NCBI GenBank assembly: GCA_040218735.1
Contig: JAVJQW010000019.1
Coordinates: 352,001 to 416,000, forward strand
Length of the DNA: 64,000 bases
Reading direction: 5' to 3'
From: Deltaproteobacteria bacterium
GTDB lineage: Bacteria > Myxococcota > Kuafuiibacteriia > Kuafuiibacteriales > Kuafuiibacteriaceae
The notes below the pieces were generated by a model. That model had not been told where the DNA came from and did no database searches. It was given only the letters and a program-made list of their open reading frames with translations. Within the stretch, counting starts at the first letter, position 1, and the number at the start of each line of letters is the position of its first letter. A program made the translations under genes and the position numbers. Of this stretch, positions 8,239-17,405 are shown in pieces.

Positions 8239-11200
8239 CTACATCAGGAGCAACTCCAGATCCTCCAGCGTCAGTGCCCCCGTCAGGTGGTTCGACGCGT
8301 CGATCACCGCGTCGGCCAGCGCGCGCTTCTTCGCGTGCAGCTCCAGGATCTTCTCCTCCACCGTCCCCGCGGTGATCAGCCGGTACGCGAACACCGGGCG
8401 CTCCTGGCCGATGCGGTGCGCGCGGTCGATCGCCTGCGTTTCGACGGCCGGGTTCCACCACGGATCGAGGATGAAGACGTAGTCGGCCGCCGTGAGGTTC
8501 AGGCCGAAGCCGCCGGCTTTGAGGCTGATGAGGAAGACCTCGCAGGCTTCGTCGTTCTGGAACGTCGACACTACTTCGGCGCGGTTCTTCGTGCTGCCGT
8601 CGAGGTAGGCGTAGCGGATCGACTCCTTGTCGAGGCGCTGCTTCACCAGCTGCAGCAGCTGTACGAACTGCGAGAAGACGAGCGCCTTGTGCCCCTCTTC
8701 GGTGACCTCGCGGAGCTGCTCGACCAGCGTGTCGAGCTTCGCGCTGCCCTTCTTCTTGCGTTTGTCGTCCAGGAGCCCCGGGTGACACGCGGCCTGGCGC
8801 AGGCGGAGCAGCGCCTCGAGCACGTGGATGCGCGACTTGTCGAAGCCGTGCGTCTCGATGCGCTGCTTGAGGCTGGAGCGGTAGTGCCCGAGGAGCTCGT
8901 CGTAGAGGCGGCGCTCGTCTTCGTCCTGCTGCACGTACAGCGTGAGCTCCGTCTTCTCGGGGAGCTCCGCGAGGACCTGGTTCTTCGTGCGTCGGAGGAT
9001 CATCGGGCGCAGCCCGCGCGCGATGAGCTCGAGCCCCCGTCCATCCTTGTCCTTCACGAGGCGGCCGAACTCGCGGCGCGAGCCGAGCATCTTCGGGTTG
9101 AGGAACTCGAAGATCGACCACAGCTCGAGCAGGTGGTTCTCGACCGGTGTGCCCGACAACGCGAGGCGATGATCCGCCTGCAACACGCGGCACGCCTTGC
9201 TCGCGAGTGAGCTGGCGTTCTTGATCGCCTGCGCCTCGTCCAGGACGACGTAGTCGAAGCGGTGCTCGCGCAGCCGTTCGATGTCGCGGCGCACGGTGCC
9301 GTACGTCGTGATGATGATGTCGTACGCGTCGATGTCCTCCGCGACCTGCCAGCGATCCGGACCGGTGTAGTCGCCGATCTTCAGCGACGGCGTGAAGCGA
9401 CGCGTCTCCGCGATCCAGTTGTGCACCAGGCTGCGCGGCGCGACGACGAGCGACGCGCGCCCCTCACCCGTTCGTTTCCGCAGCCTCCGCCGCGCTTCGA
9501 GCATCGCGAGGACCTGGACCGTCTTGCCGAGACCCATGTCGTCCGCGAGGCAGCCGCCGAGTCCCGTGCGCTGCAGGAAGTAGAGCCAACCGAGCCCTTC
9601 GCGTTGGTACTGGCGCAGCTCGCCCTCGAACGAACGTGCCTCCCGGCGCGCGCGGAACCCCGTCGCCGACTTCAGGCGACGACGAAGCGCATCGAAGCGC
9701 GCGTCGACCGTGATGGCGTCGTCCTCGAGGAGCAGATCCAGGAGCGCCGCCTGGCTCGACGCGAACTGCAGCTTCCCCTTCTTCTTCGACCCGAGTTTGT
9801 CGAGCGCGCTGAAGCGCACGAGCCACTCCTCGGGGAGCATCCCGTCGGTCCCGTCGCCGAGCTTCACGAAGCCGTCGCGATCGCGAATCGCACGCAGCAG
9901 ATCCGGAAGCTCCACCGTGTGCTCGCCGAACTGGAACGAGCCGGTGAGATCGAACCAGTCCTGCCCGGACGTCAGCCGAACGTCGCTCCCGGTGAGCGAG
10001 AGCAGACGTTTGCCCTTCGCCTCGACCGAGAAGCCGCGCGTCAGGAGCGCACGCGCGACGCGCGGGACGTCGGCCGTGTCGCAGTAGATCTGATGGTCCT
10101 CGAAGCTCGCCGCCGCGTTCACGCCGAGGCCGCCAAGCTGTTCGAGGATCGCGAGCTCGCCGTCGCGGTCGCGGCGCACGAACGCACGCGCGTCTTCATC
10201 GATCCAGCCGCTGTCCGTGGAGCGCGCGTCGAAGCGCGTCGCGCCGTAGTGGAACGTGATGAGCCCGCGCGTGATGCGACCACGCTTGTCGGGCTCGAGG
10301 AACGCGACCTCGCAGCGCGGCTCGCCGACGGTCGTGTGCCAGGGTTCGGGGAGCTCGATGGGCGGTAGTTGCGGGACCTCGACCAGGCCGTCGAGGAACG
10401 CGGGGAGCGCCTCTTCGCCGAAGCGTATCGCTTCGTTGTGCGTCAGGAAGCGGACGACGTCGAACGCCGTCGCGTCCCAGCGCGCGATGCGGTCGTCGAT
10501 TACGACGAAGCCGCTCGGCAACGCGAGGCGCACCGCGGAGAGCGGCACGACCTCGTCGCCGCGGACCAGGTCGGCGGTCAGGTGGAGCTCGCGCGCGGCG
10601 TGGGGGGCGCTCGGCCGTCCGACTCCGTTGTCGCTCCCGTCATCGTCGCCGCGAGCCGCGGCGCTCGCGTCGTCGCCGTCGGTGGCTCCGGCGTCGCCAT
10701 CGCGGTGGGGGGTCGCGCTCGCGGCTCGCGCGTCGCCACGGGGGGTTGCGCTCGCGGTTCCGCCGTCGCCGTCGCGGTGGCCGGTCGCGCCCGCGGCGTG
10801 CGCGTCGCCGCTTCCATCGCGGCTCGGTGCGCCGCCTTCGACGCCGCACGCTCGCCCGTGCCCGTCCGCGTCGCCGGCGTGCGGTCGTCCGTCGTGGTTC
10901 GTGGCGTCGCTTGCGTCGGCGCGCGCTCGCCCGTCGTGGTTCGTGGCTGCGCTCGCGTCGTCGCGCGCTTGCCGGTCGCGGTTCGTGGTTCCGCTCGCGT
11001 CGCTGCTCGACCGCCCGTCGCGATTTGCCGCGGCGTCGCCGCGCGCGCGTCCGCCGTGGCTCGTCGCGGCGTCGCCGCCTGCTCGCCCGTCGCGATTCGT
11101 CGCGGCGTCGCCGTGCGCTCGCTCGGCACCGTCATCGCGGTTCGTCGCCGGCGCGTCGCTTCGCGCTCGCGCTTCCAGGGGAGATGCGCTCGCGATTCGC

Positions 11201-12258
11201 ACCTCGCGCCGCGCGCCCTCGGCGTCGTCGTCCCCGCGTGGCGACAGCGCTTCCCCAAGCAGGGTCGCGGACGCATCGTTCGGCGGCTCCTCCGGTTCCG
11301 CGTCCGGCTCCTCGAACGCGCTGATCCGCACGCGCACGCCGTACGCTACGCCCTCGTCGACGCCCAGCGTGACGAACCGCTGGCCCTCGGCGATCTGCAG
11401 CCGCCCCGTGCGCGCGAGCGCGAGGAGGGCCGCTTCGTGGTAGCCGGGCGGGACGAGGCTCGCGGTCGGCGCGTCTTGCCCGCCCGAGTTGGCGCCGGGC
11501 TCCGCGGCGGCCGACGAGGTCAGCGGGCTCGCCGCGAGCATCTGCGCGAGGCGCCGATCTTCTTCGTCGCCGAGGGTCTGCGTCTCGCGGGTGACCAGCG
11601 GCACCGGGCGCGCCTCGTCCGGTTCCGGTCCCAGCTCGTAGGCGCTCAGCACCAGGCTCGAGAGGCTCGTGCTCTGCGCGGCGTCGATCCGGTAGGCGAT
11701 GCGTCGCCGCTGGCTCCGCTCGATCGCGACCTCCACCGACGACAACCCACGCCAGTCCCCCGACGCGCGCCGGAGCGTCGTGAGCTTGCGCTCCCACTCC
11801 GGCCGTTCGTTCGTCTGCGGTAGCGGCGCCGCGTGGGCACCGGTGAAGAACCAATCGTCTTCCTTGGACAGGTTCGCTTCGTAGCTGACGACGTCGAGCC
11901 GCGACTCCAACGCGCTCGACGGCACGAGCTCGATCCCGCCCGCGTCGATCGCGAGGAGCGACGCGTACAGGTGCTTGCACTTGTGCCCCTCGAAGAAGTG
12001 CGGGCACGTGCACTCGACCTGCAACCGCGTGCGCGTCTCCACCTGCGAAAAGTCGATCGCGCAGATGTACGGCTTCTCGCGCGAGCCCTGCACCGCGGCG
12101 ACGATCGTGCGCGGGTCGGCACCCTCGATCCGGACCGCGCCGCCGCTGAAGTACTCCACCCCTCGGGAGCGGGTCCGCGTCGTGAAGGCGTGGGACACCG
12201 CGGGGATGAGTCCGGCGCTGGTGCGCACGGTCGCGGGGTTGGTGCGTGGATCCATCAA
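8239..12258 (-). CDS. SWIM zinc finger + SNF2-family ATPase/helicase
   Basis: CTCPHF...CKH SWIM motif; LADDMGLGKT (Walker A), LDEAQAIKN, LSGTPVENH, SLKAGGFGLNL and QAIDRAHRIGQ. Contains a long low-complexity insertion. Confidence 0.95.
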   Translation of the reverse strand: MMDPRTNPATVRTSAGLIPAVSHAFTTRTRSRGVEYFSGGAVRIEGADPRTIVAAVQGSREKPYICAIDFSQVETRTRLQVECTCPHFFEGHKCKHLYASLLAIDAGGIELVPSSALESRLDVVSYEANLSKEDDWFFTGAHAAPLPQTNERPEWERKLTTLRRASGDWRGLSSVEVAIERSQRRRIAYRIDAAQSTSLSSLVLSAYELGPEPDEARPVPLVTRETQTLGDEEDRRLAQMLAASPLTSSAAAEPGANSGGQDAPTASLVPPGYHEAALLALARTGRLQIAEGQRFVTLGVDEGVAYGVRVRISAFEEPDAEPEEPPNDASATLLGEALSPRGDDDAEGARREVRIASASPLEARARSDAPATNRDDGAERAHGDAATNRDGRAGGDAATSHGGRARGDAAANRDGRSSSDASGTTNRDRQARDDASAATNHDGRARADASDATNHDGRPHAGDADGHGRACGVEGGAPSRDGSGDAHAAGATGHRDGDGGTASATPRGDARAASATPHRDGDAGATDGDDASAAARGDDDGSDNGVGRPSAPHAARELHLTADLVRGDEVVPLSAVRLALPSGFVVIDDRIARWDATAFDVVRFLTHNEAIRFGEEALPAFLDGLVEVPQLPPIELPEPWHTTVGEPRCEVAFLEPDKRGRITRGLITFHYGATRFDARSTDSGWIDEDARAFVRRDRDGELAILEQLGGLGVNAAASFEDHQIYCDTADVPRVARALLTRGFSVEAKGKRLLSLTGSDVRLTSGQDWFDLTGSFQFGEHTVELPDLLRAIRDRDGFVKLGDGTDGMLPEEWLVRFSALDKLGSKKKGKLQFASSQAALLDLLLEDDAITVDARFDALRRRLKSATGFRARREARSFEGELRQYQREGLGWLYFLQRTGLGGCLADDMGLGKTVQVLAMLEARRRLRKRTGEGRASLVVAPRSLVHNWIAETRRFTPSLKIGDYTGPDRWQVAEDIDAYDIIITTYGTVRRDIERLREHRFDYVVLDEAQAIKNASSLASKACRVLQADHRLALSGTPVENHLLELWSIFEFLNPKMLGSRREFGRLVKDKDGRGLELIARGLRPMILRRTKNQVLAELPEKTELTLYVQQDEDERRLYDELLGHYRSSLKQRIETHGFDKSRIHVLEALLRLRQAACHPGLLDDKRKKKGSAKLDTLVEQLREVTEEGHKALVFSQFVQLLQLVKQRLDKESIRYAYLDGSTKNRAEVVSTFQNDEACEVFLISLKAGGFGLNLTAADYVFILDPWWNPAVETQAIDRAHRIGQERPVFAYRLITAGTVEEKILELHAKKRALADAVIDASNHLTGALTLEDLELLLM

Positions 12259-12347
12259 GGGGAGGCTCGCGGTGAAACGGAGATCTTAGTGCCCGACCGA
12301 GACATCGGCTACCGCGGGGATCAATTGAATGCGTTTGGCGCGGGGGC

Positions 12348-13811
12348 TCAGCGCGAGCGGCGACGGAGGACGAACAGCGCGAACAGCACCAGCGCGCCCC
12401 ACCTGGACGTGCGGCCGGTGTCGGAGCAGCCGCACCCCGACGCATCTTCCATCGGCGCTTCGCCGGCATCGTTGAATCCCGCGTCGCGCGGGCGTGGAAC
12501 ACCGCCTTCGCCCGCGTCGCGTTGGGGAGTCACCTCACCGCCGTCGCGCTCGACGCCGGCGTCGGGCATTCCGCAGTCCTCGGGGTTGGCGGGACGAATG
12601 CGCCAGATTTCTCCGTCGGCGAGCGTCGTGAAGTAGATCGCCCCCGTCGGTCCCACGAAGTAGTGCACCGGCCCGCCACCTGCGCCGTGGCGGACGACGC
12701 GCACACGATCGCCGTCCACACCGTCGCGCGCGGCGTTCGGCTGCAGGTACCAGGTGCGGTTCTGCACGTAGCCGCCGAAGAAGTAGCGCCCGCGCCACGG
12801 CTCCGGCCACGAGCAGTGGTTCGCGAACACGCCGCCGGTGACGCTCCCCTGGCCGGGGTACTGGAGCGCGGGGTCTTTGCAGTCGCCGGACTGGGGCGTC
12901 GCCGTCCCGCACGCGGTGACCGGCTGGCCGTCGGCGCCTTCGCGGTAGGGCCAGCCGTGGTGTTGGTTCGGGCCGGTGGAGACGGTGATCTCCTCCCACG
13001 TGATCTCCCCGACGTCGCCGATCCACATGAACCCGGTCTGCGCGTCGAACGAGAAGCGCCACGGGTTCCGAAAGCCCCAGTTGTAGATCTCGGTGCGCGG
13101 CGTCCCGGTCGGCGTCGGCGCGACGCTCTGCCGGCACGAATTGGCGACGCAGTCGGCGACGTTGGTCTCGCCGATCAGCGCGTTCATCCCGTCGTTCGGC
13201 ACGTTGCCGTCGGGGCCCACGCGCAGGATCTTGCCGTTGAAGTTCGTGAGGCACGTTCCGAAGTAGTTGTCGGTGTTCGTGCCGGGTGAGCAGTTGCAGT
13301 TGCAACCCGTGTCGCCGACGCCGATGTAGAGCATCCCGTCGGGCCCGAACTGGATCCCTCCGCCGTTGTGGTTCGCGTTGCTCGCCATGCCGTCGAGCAC
13401 GAGCTGCGTGTTGTTGACGTCGAGCGTGTTCGCCTGCGGATCGAACTGGGCCCACACCACGCGCTGCGTGTTGTTGAGCGAGAGGTAGAAGTAGACGCGC
13501 CCGGTCGCCGCGAAGTCGGGATCGATCGCCATCCCGAGGAGCCCACGCTCGCTCCCCGCGCTCTGGATCGTGAGCCGCCCGACGTTCACCGGCGGCAGGT
13601 CCGTCACCTCGTCGTAGACGAACACGTCGCCGCTGTTCTGCGCGACGAAGAGGATGCGCCCGTCCGGCAGGAACTCCGCGGCGGTGGGGCGGTCGAGCCC
13701 GGTGAGGACGTTCTCGAGGACGAGGTCCGTCTCGAGGCCGGCCTCGAGCGTGTCCTGTGCGAGCGCGGGGGTCGTGACGAAGGTGAGGAGCAGAGCGGCG
13801 CGCCGAAACAT
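12348..13811 (-). CDS. PQQ-dependent sugar dehydrogenase (GSDH beta-propeller) with MYXO-CTERM tail
   Basis: Signal peptide MFRRAALLLTFVTTPALAQD; ERGLLGMAIDPDF, NHNGGGIQFGPDGMLY, WGFRNPWRFSFD and GDVG motifs; C-terminal GCGCS...ALVLFALFVLRRRSR. Start moved to 13811. Confidence 0.88.
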   Translation of the reverse strand: MFRRAALLLTFVTTPALAQDTLEAGLETDLVLENVLTGLDRPTAAEFLPDGRILFVAQNSGDVFVYDEVTDLPPVNVGRLTIQSAGSERGLLGMAIDPDFAATGRVYFYLSLNNTQRVVWAQFDPQANTLDVNNTQLVLDGMASNANHNGGGIQFGPDGMLYIGVGDTGCNCNCSPGTNTDNYFGTCLTNFNGKILRVGPDGNVPNDGMNALIGETNVADCVANSCRQSVAPTPTGTPRTEIYNWGFRNPWRFSFDAQTGFMWIGDVGEITWEEITVSTGPNQHHGWPYREGADGQPVTACGTATPQSGDCKDPALQYPGQGSVTGGVFANHCSWPEPWRGRYFFGGYVQNRTWYLQPNAARDGVDGDRVRVVRHGAGGGPVHYFVGPTGAIYFTTLADGEIWRIRPANPEDCGMPDAGVERDGGEVTPQRDAGEGGVPRPRDAGFNDAGEAPMEDASGCGCSDTGRTSRWGALVLFALFVLRRRSR

Positions 13812-13837
13812 GGGCGCCGAGCATACCAGCGTTGGGC

Positions 13838-15643
13838 TCACGGTCTCGTGCAGGGCGCGTTGGTGCCGATCCCAATCTGTTCGATCCCATCGCGCGCCAG
13901 GACCTGATCCCGGAGCGCGTCGATCTCGCAGTCCTCCCATGACGTGTTGTTGAATGCTGTCAGGCTGAACAGCCCGCGGAGCGCAGGAAGCTCCACGGTG
14001 TGCAGATCGGAGTTGTTCGTGACGGAGAGTGCGTTCGCCGTCTCCAGGATTGGCGCCGAGAACGACTCGATGTTCTCCGTGTCGCGGAGGAAGACGGCCC
14101 TCGCGGACGTCAGGCTCGGCGTAGAGAACGTTACGACGCCCGTCGTCTCGAACAAGCTGAGCACGCCCGCCGACTCGAGCGCAGGCAGGTCGATCTGCTC
14201 CGGTCCTCGACCGTCCACGGTGAAGTTCTCGATGATCTCCAAGGCGTCGGCGTTCAGCGGCGCCCACGTGTTGCTCAACCCGATCCGCTTCGCCTCGACG
14301 AGCGACGAGAGGTCCACCGAGGCGAGCGACTCGCAGCTCGAGAACGAGATGTTCCCGATCCGCCGCAGGTTCCGGGTGACGTCGAACGAACGCAGTCGCG
14401 GGCAGTCCTGCACGTTGATCACCTCGACCGTACCCTCGATCGGCGGAGCGACGACGCGTTCCAAGGCGTTGTTGCTCGCGAATGCGAGACCGTAGTGCAC
14501 GGTCCCGAGTCGCGGGAGCCGGACCTCGACGAGCTGCGGATTGAGATGGACGACCAGCGAGCCGACCTCGGCGAGCGCGGGGAGATCGATCCGCTCCATC
14601 GTCAGGCTCTCGCCGACGCCGAGGAGCGTGCCCACGCGCGCCAGGTTGGGTATCTCGAGCGTCCGCGTCGCGTGCGCGCGAACGAGCACGAAGCGCCCCT
14701 CGACCCGCACGAGACGCTCCAAGCTCACCGATTCGACGCCTTGAAGCACCAGCGAATCCTCGACGACCTCGAGCGCGTCCAGTCGAACGCTGGTGCGCCC
14801 CACCTCGTTGCGAACGACGACGCCGCCCGCGGTACGCAACCCTTCCAGCTCGACGCGCTCGATCGCTTCATCGAAGACGGCCAGCGTGGCCGTGACGGTC
14901 TCGAGGGCGGGAAACGAAACGACACGGAGCTCTGGATTCCATTGGACGAAGACCGATTCGGTCTCCACCAGCGCGGGGAACGACGCGGAGCGCAGTTGCT
15001 CGTTGCTCATCAACACGATGGAACCCGCGTGCGTGAGCCCGGGCAGCGCGAGCTTGACCAAGTCCGAGGTCGCGCGGACGGCTCCGCCCACCGAGGTCAG
15101 CGCGTCCAGCCCCAATGTACCGCTCCCGTGGAGGAAGACGTCGCCACCGACCGTACGGAGCGCCGGGAGTGACAGCTCGGAGTCCGGCGGCGCCGACCCG
15201 AGGTTCCCGCCGACCATCTCGAGCACCGGCAGCGGCGAACCTCCGAGCGGTCGCGCTTGGACGAAGAGGCTGCCCCGAATCGTGCGGAGGGCGACAAACG
15301 CGTCTTCCTCCAACGCGATGCCATGCTGCAGCTCCACGCGACCGCCGACTTCGACCAGACAGCCTGCGAGGCCGGCCGTGACCGTTCCGGTCACCACCCC
15401 CCACTCCGCCCCTTCGAGCTCCAAGGATCCCGAGATGGTCCTCAGGGACCCGAGCCTCTCGAGCTCGCTTCCGGCGAGCGTGAGATCTCCGACGTAGTCC
15501 TCCGCGTCCGCGCACGGCTCGGGCGTGGGACGCCCTGCGTCGTTTGCGTTGGTCCCCGCGTCGCGGTCCGTGGCGACCAGGGGCTCGACGCCTCCGCAGG
15601 CGAAGAGGACGAGGCTCGCCGACAGCAGCAGGGCACGTTTCAT
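13838..15643 (-). CDS. Lipoprotein with receptor L-domain-like leucine-rich repeats
   Basis: Lipobox LVLFAC; many LPxLxxVGGxL-type repeats (LPALRTVGGDV, FPALETV, LPALAEVGSL). Confidence 0.75.
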   Translation of the reverse strand: MKRALLLSASLVLFACGGVEPLVATDRDAGTNANDAGRPTPEPCADAEDYVGDLTLAGSELERLGSLRTISGSLELEGAEWGVVTGTVTAGLAGCLVEVGGRVELQHGIALEEDAFVALRTIRGSLFVQARPLGGSPLPVLEMVGGNLGSAPPDSELSLPALRTVGGDVFLHGSGTLGLDALTSVGGAVRATSDLVKLALPGLTHAGSIVLMSNEQLRSASFPALVETESVFVQWNPELRVVSFPALETVTATLAVFDEAIERVELEGLRTAGGVVVRNEVGRTSVRLDALEVVEDSLVLQGVESVSLERLVRVEGRFVLVRAHATRTLEIPNLARVGTLLGVGESLTMERIDLPALAEVGSLVVHLNPQLVEVRLPRLGTVHYGLAFASNNALERVVAPPIEGTVEVINVQDCPRLRSFDVTRNLRRIGNISFSSCESLASVDLSSLVEAKRIGLSNTWAPLNADALEIIENFTVDGRGPEQIDLPALESAGVLSLFETTGVVTFSTPSLTSARAVFLRDTENIESFSAPILETANALSVTNNSDLHTVELPALRGLFSLTAFNNTSWEDCEIDALRDQVLARDGIEQIGIGTNAPCTRP

Positions 15644-15717
15644 CCCGAACAGGACAGCACAACGTCGCTGCGCGCTCCAAACGGCTGCTCGCCGTCACAC
15701 GGCGAGACGGTGCGCAT

Positions 15718-16530
15718 CTATTGCTGGTTCAGGGTCCAGTTGTAGTCGATGTACGAGACCTTCGGCGCGTCGCCGGCCTTCGTGGCCTGGGCCTCGGGGA
15801 GGTGTTTCTTCACGAACGCGACCACACCCGCGTCGCCGCCGAAGTCGGCCTTGTACCAGTTGAAGATCTGACTGAGCTTCAGCGCGCCGTCTTCGACGAC
15901 CGCGCCGGCCGGCGACGTCACGTAGCGTCGCGTCGCCGCGTCCATGCGTGCGTTCACGTCCGAGCCCTCGTAGGGCGTCGACTCCAGGATGGGGCAGCCG
16001 ATCGCGCCGCACACCAGCACGAAGTGCGTGCGCGGGTCCTTCGCGAACGGGTTGAGCACTTCCTTCTCGAGCTGGTCGAGCGTGACCTCCTGGCCGGCGA
16101 CGTTGTACTTCGCCTCCTTGAAGAAGCCCTTCACGTCGAGCACGGAGCGCGGCCGGTCGTTCTTCAGGACGGCGTACAGGACGATCGCGTTGTAGGCGTC
16201 GATGTAGAAGCCGATCTTTGCGTCGCGCGCTTCGGGGAGCGTCTTGGCGCCGATCGCCGCGATGACGCCGTCGAGCTTCGCCATGTCGTTCGCGCCCAGG
16301 CCCTTGTAGTCGACGAGCCCGTCCTTCACGTAGGTGTCGAGCAGCTCGGCGTACGCGTTGGACGCGGGCGGAGCGCTCGGCTTCTCGCCGGGGGCCGCCT
16401 CCTTCGCGGGGGCCTCCTTCGCGGGGGCCTCCTTCTGCGGTTGCGACGTCGCCTGCGTCTTGGCCGTCTTGTCGCCGTTCGACGTGCAGGCCGCGAGGCC
16501 GAGGATCAACACAGGTGCGAGCGCCTTCAT
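15718..16530 (-). CDS. DUF547 domain lipoprotein
   Basis: MKALAPVLILGLAAC lipobox; GLVDY, FYIDAYNA, DPRTHFVLVCGAIGCP, LSQIFNWYKADF and YDWxLN-like (YNWTLN) motifs. Confidence 0.85.
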   Translation of the reverse strand: MKALAPVLILGLAACTSNGDKTAKTQATSQPQKEAPAKEAPAKEAAPGEKPSAPPASNAYAELLDTYVKDGLVDYKGLGANDMAKLDGVIAAIGAKTLPEARDAKIGFYIDAYNAIVLYAVLKNDRPRSVLDVKGFFKEAKYNVAGQEVTLDQLEKEVLNPFAKDPRTHFVLVCGAIGCPILESTPYEGSDVNARMDAATRRYVTSPAGAVVEDGALKLSQIFNWYKADFGGDAGVVAFVKKHLPEAQATKAGDAPKVSYIDYNWTLNQQ

Positions 16531-16562
16531 GCGCCCCGTCTTCGGCCGGACGGACCCGACCG

Positions 16563-17405
16563 TCAACCCCCGCCCGTCGACGGTCGGCGCGGCGTCCACG
16601 GGAAGAGGTCCTTCAGCGGCGCGTCGCCGAGCGTGCGCGACTCGACGAACTGCGCGTAGAGCTCGGCTTCGTACGCGCCGAGCTTCGCGTCGTAGCTCGG
16701 TTCGTTGCGAACGAGCAGCTCGCTCGATTCGAGGAACGCGAGCGTCGCAAACGCAAACGGTACGGCGTACGCGGAGTCGGGGAGGTCGTAGAAGATCGTG
16801 TCGACGGTGCGCACCGCGAGGCCGCGGGGGATCTGCACCGTGGCGTCGAGGCGCTTCGCGAGGTTGTAGAAGACCTTCGCTCCGCGTTCGAGCGCCGCGT
16901 GGAAGCGGTCGCGGAGATCTTCGTCGGTGCCCGTCGCAGCGGTGAGCATCGCGAAGCCCACCGCGATCTCGAACGGCGCGCTGCTCTGCGTGATGAGCTG
17001 CGCGATGTCCTCCATCGCCGGCTCCTCCGGCGGATCGGCGGAGACGAACTGGTTGATGTTCTTGAGGAAGCCCTCGATGCCCTCGGGATCCTCCATCTGC
17101 TTGAAGACGTCCGGCTGCACGCCCGCCGTCGGGCGCATCGGGTCGATCGCGTCGCCCTTCTTCTTGCCCTGGTTCGCGCGCTCGCGGAGCTTGCGCTTCT
17201 TCTTGGCGGTCCCCATCACCCACTCGGTGGCGGGGCCCTCACCCGGTCCGTGCCCGCCGGGCGGACGCACGCCGCGCACGCCGCTCGCGGACCACCGCGT
17301 CGCACGCGCATCGCCGGACAGACGCCGGCCCGGAGGCACGATGCCCTTCACCCCCGGTACACCCTTCAGCCAGGGCGAGCCGCCGTCGTCGTCCTTCTTG
17401 TTCAC
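16563..17405 (-). CDS. Hypothetical protein, translationally coupled to dacB
   Basis: GTG start overlaps the dacB TGA. Basic, disordered N-terminus followed by a helical globular region (PEGIEGFLKNINQF...). No family recognised. Confidence 0.6.
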   Translation of the reverse strand: MNKKDDDGGSPWLKGVPGVKGIVPPGRRLSGDARATRWSASGVRGVRPPGGHGPGEGPATEWVMGTAKKKRKLRERANQGKKKGDAIDPMRPTAGVQPDVFKQMEDPEGIEGFLKNINQFVSADPPEEPAMEDIAQLITQSSAPFEIAVGFAMLTAATGTDEDLRDRFHAALERGAKVFYNLAKRLDATVQIPRGLAVRTVDTIFYDLPDSAYAVPFAFATLAFLESSELLVRNEPSYDAKLGAYEAELYAQFVESRTLGDAPLKDLFPWTPRRPSTGGG

